From a virus: a stretch of 64,000 bases of DNA. The stretch lies in the IMG/VR virus record IMGVR_UViG_3300028584_000118, positions 6,648-70,647 of that record, one strand, 5' to 3'. Both the position numbers and the translations under genes were made by a program. The notes beneath the pieces were generated by a model. That model saw only the letters and a list, made by a program, of their open reading frames with translations, searched no databases and was not told where the DNA came from. The number at the start of each line of letters is the position of its first letter. The stretch's first letter is position 1. Positions 56,884 through 64,000 of this stretch are shown piece after piece.

Positions 56884-57132
56884 ATGATGAAAATCACATA
56901 CAACATTTCGCCAGTATTAAGCGGCAAAAGCAGCATTGCAGAATTTAGTCCGGTAGGTATAGGGCGGTGCAATACACCACAAAAATGCCGAATACAATTA
57001 GTACAATCATCAACAACTTGCGCGTACTACTCTCCTGTTTATGATGGCTTTGGGAATAATTTAAATCCTGATAGAAATCAAACTACGAACCAAATGCATT
57101 GCTCAACATGCGGGAAGGATTGGACAAAATGA
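56884..57132 (+). CDS. Small Cys-containing hypothetical protein
   Basis: TTCAYYSPVYD.FGNNLNPD.N...C.TCGK.W. Confidence 0.65.
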   Translation: MMKITYNISPVLSGKSSIAEFSPVGIGRCNTPQKCRIQLVQSSTTCAYYSPVYDGFGNNLNPDRNQTTNQMHCSTCGKDWTK

Positions 57133-57223
57133 GTAAAGCAAAGCCAATGAGTCAATGTAACGATGGTGGTAAATGTGGTGCTGAGGTTATTGTGATACTT
57201 GTCCGTGCAGAGGGAGATATACT

Positions 57224-57505
57224 ATGAAATACAAACTCCCAATCAACTACACCAAACTCACAACAAAGCAGCGTAAAGCTGTACGTGAACAATATATTGA
57301 ATTACAAAAGGGTTTATGTTTTGAATGTAAAAGGCATTTAGAAGGGCCTCCATTAGAACAAGGTTTTACTATCAATACTAAATTGTTCCCTATTGGTTTC
57401 TTTAATAATCCAATTCACTTACATCACAATCACAACACCGGTATGACCATAGGTGCAGCACATGCAAAATGTAATGCAATCGCTTGGCAATACTTTGGGG
57501 AATAA
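57224..57505 (+). CDS. Endonuclease VII-like HNH protein
   Basis: QKGLCFEC...LHHNHNTG...GAAHAKCN. Confidence 0.75.
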   Translation: MKYKLPINYTKLTTKQRKAVREQYIELQKGLCFECKRHLEGPPLEQGFTINTKLFPIGFFNNPIHLHHNHNTGMTIGAAHAKCNAIAWQYFGE

Positions 57506-57507
57506 AT

Positions 57508-57849
57508 ATGAAACCAAGTGTAAAAATATCTGAAGTACTTCACTATGCAGCAGATGTAATCTTAGCTGCTAATGAGTTAGAACAAAGATATTATGCAATT
57601 AAAGTAGGGTATACCTGCACAGCTATTAGACGTGCTTTAAACCATTTTGGTTATTTCTTTGATAGAGAAGACCAAATGTTTCATATTATTAATGCTGGCC
57701 TAATAAACATGGGTCTAAAAAATCCAAGATCTGTTTATTGTTTTGATGAGTTTGAAACATCAGAATCTTGTCATACAAAGGAAGCACAAGGAGCCAGATA
57801 TCTATGGCTTAAATGGGCTGCATTAATGGCCGAAGAACAAGAAGAATAA
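57508..57849 (+). CDS. Hypothetical protein
   Basis: Q.ARY.WL.WAAL.AEEQ motif; operon context. Confidence 0.65.
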   Translation: MKPSVKISEVLHYAADVILAANELEQRYYAIKVGYTCTAIRRALNHFGYFFDREDQMFHIINAGLINMGLKNPRSVYCFDEFETSESCHTKEAQGARYLWLKWAALMAEEQEE

Positions 57850-57852
57850 ACA

Positions 57853-58317
57853 ATGCCCAACGGACAAACACCCCTCACATTAAGTCTCAATGGAGATGCT
57901 TTAGATCAACTCTGGCTTGAAGGCTCTCAAGCCAGAGTTGATCTACGTCATGCAGTATGTCAGAACTTTGTACAACGTAATTTCAGCGGTTTAATTACTG
58001 ATCCTATAGCTAAAGAAATTCTTAATCTTAATAAGATTATTGAGAATGAAGTTCGTAAGCAAATAATAGGAATAGATTCATCAAGGGTTCTTAATGTTCC
58101 TACTGATTTAAATAAAGCCATAACTACTAGAGCAGAGCTTGCTGTAAAAACTTTCATTGATAAAACAGTTACCGATGCTGTGTTAAATTTCCAAATAGAA
58201 ATGGAAAAGAAAATTAACGATTCTATGGTAAACCTGTCTAATAACTTTGAAGCTGCATACATCAGAGAAATGACCAGAACAATCAGATTAGATCTGATAT
58301 CCAAATTAGGAGAATAA
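57853..58317 (+). CDS. Hypothetical helical protein
   Basis: Operon context. Confidence 0.6.
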   Translation: MPNGQTPLTLSLNGDALDQLWLEGSQARVDLRHAVCQNFVQRNFSGLITDPIAKEILNLNKIIENEVRKQIIGIDSSRVLNVPTDLNKAITTRAELAVKTFIDKTVTDAVLNFQIEMEKKINDSMVNLSNNFEAAYIREMTRTIRLDLISKLGE

Positions 58318-58318
58318 A

Positions 58319-58600
58319 TTGAAAACAATGATTCAAATAAAAGGACATATTTATATCTGTCCTAAACTAGGTATAAACAAACCTACATTTATAAGTACTG
58401 ACATGACTCCTTATGGATACACTTCTTTAGGTGAAGTTGACCAATACATTGAGGTGGATTTAATTGAACAAACTGAGTTACAGAAACAAATCAGTATGGT
58501 TCAAAGTGAGATAAGTTTAATCACTACAAACTCTATTCAACAGATTGAACAACTCAATAAAAAGATTGAGAATCTAAAAGGTATTAAGAATGTCTCCTAA
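58319..58600 (+). CDS. Hypothetical protein
   Basis: AGGAG RBS; coiled-coil end. Confidence 0.6.
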   Translation: MKTMIQIKGHIYICPKLGINKPTFISTDMTPYGYTSLGEVDQYIEVDLIEQTELQKQISMVQSEISLITTNSIQQIEQLNKKIENLKGIKNVS

Positions 58601-58868
58601 ACATTTTTTAATAAAGTTAGGATTGGTAATTTTACTTATGATATTAAGCATTGCCAGTTACTTTGATAAACAATCAAAGATTGAAAATGCTTATGAGCAA
58701 GGATACCAAGAAGGTTCCCAGCACACTACAGAGCTACTAAAAGAATTAGCACAAGCACCTGAAATCACAGATGAACAAGCTGTGCAATGGTGGACTGGTA
58801 CTAAAGATATGGTAGCTGTACGCGATCGTTTATGTGGTAAATCTAAACCAAAGAAAGAAGGTAAATAA
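58590..58868 (+). CDS. Membrane-anchored hypothetical protein
   Basis: N-terminal TM; AYEQGYQEG. Confidence 0.6.
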   Translation: MSPKHFLIKLGLVILLMILSIASYFDKQSKIENAYEQGYQEGSQHTTELLKELAQAPEITDEQAVQWWTGTKDMVAVRDRLCGKSKPKKEGK

Positions 58869-58869
58869 C

Positions 58870-59487
58870 ATGGCTTCAAATCGTTTAACAATTGAATTGC
58901 GTAACCAAATAGCAGAGAAGATTTTCAATGCTACTGCATTACCAACTAAGTTAGAAGTAAATACCCTAGCATTAAAGAAGATTTACAAAGACTGGTTAAT
59001 CAGTAAGATTCCTGAAGACTTCAAACAAGCTACTAAGAATCTTCCTAAAGAATGGTTACAACAATGTAGTCGTATTGAAGTTGCAAGCGAAATGAGTTTA
59101 TCTAATCCAGACATGAGTACCTATGGTAATAGTGGTTGGATGCATACAACTTATTTTGATGACCCAGTAAGTGTACCTGCAAGCTTTCGTATTCCTTCAA
59201 TGAAGCAGATTGATTTTAATAATCTACCTGACTTGGCTTTTCATTTAGGAGAGCGTGTAGGTTTATTAGCTTTAGAAGAACAAACTAAGAAATCTTTAAA
59301 AGAAACTTTGAAAGTCTACAATACAACTACTAAGTTGATTAAAGACTTCCCTGAGTTTGCTAAGCATTGTCCTGATGCACCATTATCTTATCCAATTGCA
59401 GTTAACCCAGATAAAGTAGTACATGGTTTAATGCAAGTTGGTTTTGATATCACTGTTAAACCAAAGCAGTTACACCGGTTAAAGTAA
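58870..59487 (+). CDS. Hypothetical protein (possibly Nmad5-like); true end may be 59546 via frameshift
   Basis: RLT..LR.QI N-terminus; T..KL...PE...P C-terminus; Lys-rich -1-frame tail. Confidence 0.6.
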   Translation: MASNRLTIELRNQIAEKIFNATALPTKLEVNTLALKKIYKDWLISKIPEDFKQATKNLPKEWLQQCSRIEVASEMSLSNPDMSTYGNSGWMHTTYFDDPVSVPASFRIPSMKQIDFNNLPDLAFHLGERVGLLALEEQTKKSLKETLKVYNTTTKLIKDFPEFAKHCPDAPLSYPIAVNPDKVVHGLMQVGFDITVKPKQLHRLK

Positions 59488-59545
59488 CTAAGGTAACCAA
59501 AGTAACTAAGCCAAAGAAAGTTACTAAAGTTAAGAGAGTAATCTA

Positions 59546-59761
59546 ATGAGACACGTCTATCACTATGCTGCCTCTATCCCATCTGGTTATGGGGCTATCT
59601 ATGAGATAGATGGTTTAATAGAAGCAGCTACTCCTATAGTAACTAGGGATAATTACTTAGTTGTTAAACAGAAGATTCTTGAGAATCATCATTTAGAAAT
59701 ACTCTCTGCAGTTAATTTAACTATTAAGTCTTTATCTTTACTTCAAACATTGGAAGATTAA
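59546..59761 (+). CDS. Hypothetical protein
   Basis: 71-aa ORF in operon. Confidence 0.6.
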   Translation: MRHVYHYAASIPSGYGAIYEIDGLIEAATPIVTRDNYLVVKQKILENHHLEILSAVNLTIKSLSLLQTLED

Positions 59762-59766
59762 ACATC

Positions 59767-60228
59767 ATGCCTATTACTTTATTACACTTAGGTGTACTTG
59801 CTCCTATCAACTATCTTACTAAACACAAGGTAAGTAATATCTCCTTTTTCTTTACTACTGTATGGATTGATATTCAATCTATAGTATATGTACTTACTGG
59901 ATTAGGTGGTTATGATCATGGTGTAAGCCATTCAGTAATGGGTATGTTGTCTGCAGCTTTTCTGGTTTATATGATTGGATTCAAGACAAAGAAGTGGGCC
60001 TATGGAGCTCTCATAGCAGCACTAAGTCATCTATTACTAGATGGCTTAGTTCATTCTGATATGAGGTTCTTTATGGTAATGGATAACAATCCATTATTCT
60101 TAGATTGGATGGGAATAATATCTCTACTACTCCTTCCATGTTTGATATGGCTTATTTTACAGATTGTGTCAAAGTATAAGACATTGGGCCGTGCCAGTCG
60201 GGAGGACGTTGGACTGAGCTCTGATTAG
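59767..60228 (+). CDS. Membrane-bound metal-dependent hydrolase (YdjM/DUF4184-like)
   Basis: MP.T..H; WID; HG.SHS; SHLLLD...H.DM; multiple TM segments. Confidence 0.75.
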   Translation: MPITLLHLGVLAPINYLTKHKVSNISFFFTTVWIDIQSIVYVLTGLGGYDHGVSHSVMGMLSAAFLVYMIGFKTKKWAYGALIAALSHLLLDGLVHSDMRFFMVMDNNPLFLDWMGIISLLLLPCLIWLILQIVSKYKTLGRASREDVGLSSD

Positions 60229-60661
60229 CTAATAGTCTTAAAGCATTAACTAATTCTGTATCATTCTTTGTGCCTTGTGCTACAAGAGCCCCTACAGAAT
60301 TTGCACGGAAATCATGATCAGTATCATTTCTATGCTTCTGAGAAGCTAAATAGGAAGGTGCTCCAAGCCCTTCCCATAACATCCCAGCTCCTTGTGCTAA
60401 TGTACCTGCTACACCTCCCCATAAACCTCCCTTACCGGCCCCTAATTCATGCGCTAACCTTCCTACTCCTAATGAATGTCTAAAAGCATTCATAGTACTA
60501 GCATCACGTGCACTATTAGGAAATTCCTCTTGAGCTTTCACATCTGCTGCATGAGGGATATTACCTATACGTTTTAATGCAGTAGCCATATCATCTTTTA
60601 CTTGATTAGCCCCCATACTAAGTTTAAATAATGTAGCTGGATCTAGTAAGTTAGCCGGCAT
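60152..60661 (-). CDS. Hypothetical protein with AFRH...D..N motif
   Basis: NAFRHSLG and DFRANSVG; last gene of the minus-strand lysis unit. Confidence 0.65.
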   Translation of the reverse strand: MPANLLDPATLFKLSMGANQVKDDMATALKRIGNIPHAADVKAQEEFPNSARDASTMNAFRHSLGVGRLAHELGAGKGGLWGGVAGTLAQGAGMLWEGLGAPSYLASQKHRNDTDHDFRANSVGALVAQGTKNDTELVNALRLLANQSSVQRPPDWHGPMSYTLTQSVK

Positions 60662-60878
60662 GATATCTACCCAATCTCTTTCTAAGTTTTAGTTCTTTTT
60701 CATGATCTTCAGAACAAAATGTATTACAAAACAACTTAGGAGAAACTACCTCTTCATCACAATAGTGACATTTCCCTTTAGCTACTAATTTATGTTCTAC
60801 TTTAGTTGCTTGCCTAATCTGTATTGCCAATACATTCTCTTCCTCTTGGCTTGCACGATCAACCACGTCCATACTCAT
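60651..60878 (-). CDS. DksA/TraR-like C4 zinc-finger protein
   Basis: MDVVDRASQEEE; CHYC...FCNTFC. Confidence 0.7.
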   Translation of the reverse strand: MSMDVVDRASQEEENVLAIQIRQATKVEHKLVAKGKCHYCDEEVVSPKLFCNTFCSEDHEKELKLRKRLGRYHAG

Positions 60879-61396
60879 TGTTCCTTTTCTTTTACTGCTT
60901 CTACAGTATCAACAACAATCATGTGATCACTCTTCTTTACTGCTTCTTGCAAACCCTTACAGCTTGATACTATTAAATCAGCTTCAAGCATCAACTGTTT
61001 AATATTTGTTGCATACGGTTCTGGAAATAATTCACCGGTGGTAGAGGCTTCATGAACTCTGCTGGGATCTTCTCCTTTGGAGGTTCCTGTGTCTTGATTG
61101 GCACAAATTTTCGATCGGTTGAACAACAACTTACTAGCAGCATACTCATTGCGAATAGTAACAACATCTTTGCTGTAGTCTTCTTTGAGTTTGTTGATTC
61201 GTTTCTCATACTCTAACTCCTTCTTAGCATGTAATTTATTAACTCTGGTTTCTTCTACTAATACAGCAGCATCCAGTTTCTTTTCCCATAATGATGTAGT
61301 ACGTTCATCACCTTGTTTACGAAAGTGTTCAGGCAATAAGGAGATACCATAGATTGCGCCAATCAGAGCAATTAAACCTATAAGCCTGATATACAT
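60875..61396 (-). CDS. i-spanin (Rz-like)
   Basis: N-terminal TM plus coiled coil; follows endolysin; hosts an embedded lipoprotein gene. Confidence 0.8.
   Translation of the reverse strand: MYIRLIGLIALIGAIYGISLLPEHFRKQGDERTTSLWEKKLDAAVLVEETRVNKLHAKKELEYEKRINKLKEDYSKDVVTIRNEYAASKLLFNRSKICANQDTGTSKGEDPSRVHEASTTGELFPEPYATNIKQLMLEADLIVSSCKGLQEAVKKSDHMIVVDTVEAVKEKEQ
60991..61209 (-). CDS. o-spanin (Rz1-like), embedded in the i-spanin gene
   Basis: Signal peptide with lipobox LLVS-C and Pro-rich mature part; alternative frame within Rz. Confidence 0.8.
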   Translation of the reverse strand: MRNESTNSKKTTAKMLLLFAMSMLLVSCCSTDRKFVPIKTQEPPKEKIPAEFMKPLPPVNYFQNRMQQILNS

Positions 61397-61863
61397 AACT
61401 CTTTCTCCTTAAACCGTCTTGTTGTTAAACCAGGAAGTTCAATCATAACACCCAGTACTCTGGCTTTATTCCATTTAGGAAGCTCATAGCAAGCACCAGA
61501 ATAGTCTCTAGCAGCTAGTTTTCTAGCGGCAGTAGATTTGGTCTTGTTACATGCGACCGTTGGGCCCAGGTTGTATACAGCATCTCCAAAGGCAGCTAGT
61601 ACTTCTACCGGCAAACCAGGAACACAAGCATCTACCTGTGAGATGGCAAATCCCATATCTTTATCGAGTCGAGCTATGCACTCCTCTAAAGAATATTTGA
61701 CGCCTTTTTGTACATTAGTAGTAGAGCCATAACATACAGTTAAGATCCCAGGAGGATCATAGTAAGCATATTGACGTAGTCCTTCTGCAGGTACAGCGAT
61801 GAGTGTAGCAAGAGCTGCAGCTTTACCTAGTTTAGCTTGTTTGGCGTTTAGCATTGGCGGCAT
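61378..61863 (-). CDS. SAR endolysin, GH24 lysozyme
   Basis: Ala-rich SAR segment then E-8x-D-5x-T triad (EGLRQYAYYDPPGILT); start at 61863 after AGGAG. Confidence 0.9.
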   Translation of the reverse strand: MPPMLNAKQAKLGKAAALATLIAVPAEGLRQYAYYDPPGILTVCYGSTTNVQKGVKYSLEECIARLDKDMGFAISQVDACVPGLPVEVLAAFGDAVYNLGPTVACNKTKSTAARKLAARDYSGACYELPKWNKARVLGVMIELPGLTTRRFKEKELCISGL

Positions 61864-62104
61864 CAGTAATCTCCTGTTGACTGTAGAATCGTGCGAATAA
61901 AGCCAGCAAACTAAAGATACCAGATAAGCCAAGCATTAAACCACGAGGTAAGAATTCTGGATTGTAGTAAACGTATAATTCCCATAAGGTACAGATACCA
62001 GATAGGATATTGAATTTAACTGAGTAAGCTTTCTTTAGTACAGTCTTCCAAGCAGGAATAAGTCTAAATTTACGTAGTAATTCATTTTTTAATCTATAGA
62101 ACAT
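61832..62104 (-). CDS. Holin / pinholin candidate
   Basis: Two TM segments; LI..W...K.YSV motif; directly upstream of endolysin. Confidence 0.7.
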   Translation of the reverse strand: MFYRLKNELLRKFRLIPAWKTVLKKAYSVKFNILSGICTLWELYVYYNPEFLPRGLMLGLSGIFSLLALFARFYSQQEITDAANAKRQTS

Positions 62105-62115
62105 AAAGTATCTTA

Positions 62116-62520
62116 TTACTTGATTAGTATTTTAGAGGCATTAATAGAAGTAGTCACAATCCACCCAATTAAACCACCAATAGCAAATGTAGTCATGATA
62201 GCTACTGAGATCTTGATCCAGAGTTGATCAAGTCGATTAGAGATGTTGATCATATCAATCTTAGAAGCAAAATCTTTTTCAATTTCTTTTTTAAGACCTT
62301 CAATAAGCTTCTCTCTCTCATCTCTCTGTTCTTTATTTTGATCTGACATAATTGAAAATATTTGAGTTATTTTGGCATTGATATCTGCGAGAGCTTGCGT
62401 ATTGGATTGATTCATCAAAGATAAATGACTTTTAAAGTCATTTAATTGATTTTTAGCAGTTTCCCTAGCTACTATATGGTTCACCTCATCTTGAGTATAC
62501 TGTTTATTGTCTTCGCTCAT
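62116..62520 (-). CDS. Coiled-coil protein with C-terminal TM (lysis-associated?)
   Basis: Single C-terminal TM; adjacent to holin. Confidence 0.6.
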   Translation of the reverse strand: MSEDNKQYTQDEVNHIVARETAKNQLNDFKSHLSLMNQSNTQALADINAKITQIFSIMSDQNKEQRDEREKLIEGLKKEIEKDFASKIDMINISNRLDQLWIKISVAIMTTFAIGGLIGWIVTTSINASKILIK

Positions 62521-62549
62521 TTGAGTGCCTCATTAGGGTAAAAGTTCAT

Positions 62550-62577
62550 AAAAATAGAGGGCAAATTAATGCCCTCT
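62550..62577 (-). terminator. Terminator
   Basis: Minus strand AGAGGGCA-TTAATT-TGCCCTCT then ATTTTT. Confidence 0.75.
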
Positions 62578-62586
62578 TAAAGACTA

Positions 62587-63516
62587 CTAGGAATTCACAC
62601 GGTTATTTGTGGAACTATTAGATTGTACCGGAACCAAGCTACCAGATCCAATATTAATTGCTTGATTTGTAGCTCTAACATATTGTATGTCATTTGCCAA
62701 ATTAGCAATTAAACCAAGCACTTGATTCCATTGAGCTTGTTGCTGCTGTTGAAATTGCATTTGGTTTTGGTTGTTGGTCATACTCTGAGTAACATTAACT
62801 TCTACTTCACGTACTCTTGCTGCAGAAGTCTGTTCAGCTAAACGTTGTTCAGCTACAGTTAACTGTCGATTCAGATTGGTTTCGTTTTGATTGACAAGGA
62901 TTGCACGTGTCTTATCACCATCATCACGTATAGCTTGTGTTGTGGCATAGTTGCCCTGCATTACTGTTTGCTGCAATGCAGATAAAGCAGCAATATTAAC
63001 TGCGTTAGCAGATGCTATATCTCTACGAATATCTGATTGACCGGAGGCTGCAGTGGCACTTGCTTCAGATATTCTAGCATTCGTACTAGCGGTTCCTGCA
63101 GCACTAGCCAGGGCATTAGTATTCATAATAGAAGTAAGATTAGCTGCAGTACCTGCTAATGCTAACTGTACCTGCGCTTCATTAAAAGGTATCGAAGCTT
63201 TGATATCTCCTAATGTTTGCATAAGCTGTATAGCATCATTATTGTTATTGCAGGCATTCTCACCATTACCAAGCAAGTTACCATTACGCAAAAGGGAGCC
63301 TAATACAAGACCCCCAATTAATCCACCACCCATGCCTAGGCCACCACCACCACCTAAACCATCAGCACCGCCTAGCATGTTTACTACTTTAGCTTCGTCA
63401 GACATGACCTTCTCCTTAATAGTTTCAATTTGATTAGTAATACCAGCCCAACGTGATTCGTCACTAGTCACATGAGCTGATAAATCCTTTTCACAACTGG
63501 CTTCGTAATCTTCCAT
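62587..63516 (-). CDS. Gly-rich membrane/coiled-coil phage protein (two possible starts, 63516 and 63405)
   Basis: GGGGGLGMGGGLIGGLVLGSLL; I..DGDKTRA.L motif; Gln-rich end. Confidence 0.7.
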   Translation of the reverse strand: MEDYEASCEKDLSAHVTSDESRWAGITNQIETIKEKVMSDEAKVVNMLGGADGLGGGGGLGMGGGLIGGLVLGSLLRNGNLLGNGENACNNNNDAIQLMQTLGDIKASIPFNEAQVQLALAGTAANLTSIMNTNALASAAGTASTNARISEASATAASGQSDIRRDIASANAVNIAALSALQQTVMQGNYATTQAIRDDGDKTRAILVNQNETNLNRQLTVAEQRLAEQTSAARVREVEVNVTQSMTNNQNQMQFQQQQQAQWNQVLGLIANLANDIQYVRATNQAINIGSGSLVPVQSNSSTNNRVNS

Positions 63517-63615
63517 AAAGCCTCCTACAGATGCTGCCTAATAAAAGGCACTTAATCTTGCAGCAGAAACTATTAAGTGTCATATATGGCCCAATGCCAT
63601 GTATCCGATTTTCCT

Positions 63616-64000
63616 TTATTTATTTACTTGGTAGAGAAACTTAAAATGTTCTAAGAGATCACCAGGAGAAATGAGAGTACTTACTTCTTTCTTCCATCCA
63701 GCCCGTCTAAGAATACTAACTACAAAACCAGAACAAACTAAGAGCTTCTTACCCTTCAGTTTAATAGAAATATTGAATAAATCCATTAAACCAATAAGTA
63801 TGAACGCAAAGAATCCGTATGGGATTTCTTCTCTTAGCGCGTCCTCAATACTCTGATCAATGTAAGGTAAACATTCTTCTGGGCATTCGTAAATATCAAA
63901 GCGTTTATCCTTAAGCTGAGACAGCGGAATTAGATGGTTTCTCCCACCGTTCAGCTCTGCTAGATACACACCACATTCTTTTATAGAGATCATACCTACG
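63616..64000 (-). CDS. Permuted papain-like (YiiX/NlpC-P60) enzyme, 5'-truncated by window
   Basis: Frame is open to the window edge (VGM...); Y..IG and CSGFV...R.AG...SPGDL signature. Confidence 0.7.
   Translation of the reverse strand, partial: VGMISIKECGVYLAELNGGRNHLIPLSQLKDKRFDIYECPEECLPYIDQSIEDALREEIPYGFFAFILIGLMDLFNISIKLKGKKLLVCSGFVVSILRRAGWKKEVSTLISPGDLLEHFKFLYQVNK

Noticed and set aside
1-64000. tRNA, rRNA or tmRNA genes
   Set aside because: No cloverleaf with a T-arm (GTTC(G/A)A) or rRNA-like sequence was seen in the intergenic regions by eye. tRNAscan-SE or Aragorn would be decisive.

Overview
This 64-kb window covers most of a lytic N4-like phage genome (Schitoviridae-type), joined across its probable physical ends at about 33.6-34.0 kb. 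Hallmarks are a 3400-aa cysteine-free virion RNA polymerase, a two-subunit T7-like RNAPII, an N4-order morphogenesis block on the minus strand (ejection proteins, major capsid, portal, terminase), and N4-type primase, Sak4-like ATPase, SSB, RuvC, Dda helicase, PolA and MoxR/vWA genes. It also carries a class II RNR and a holin/SAR-endolysin/embedded-spanin cassette, which implies a Gram-negative host. The standout feature is a translationally coupled array of 17 small, highly diverged paralogues (37987-42591) between the two RNAPII subunit genes. All end in a conserved P-x-E-F-K-T-x-L-L-L-x-G-like helix whose Gly codon often doubles as the Shine-Dalgarno of the next gene. Other notable items are a three-piece DNA polymerase (HNH insertion plus a 9-nt stop-containing insert in the middle of motif B), two classes of hairpin promoter candidates, a pseudoknotted ncRNA candidate (54275-54430), a ClpX-like ATPase lacking Walker A, and two probable single-base frameshifts. 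All family assignments come from motif recognition and synteny by eye; no database searches were run.
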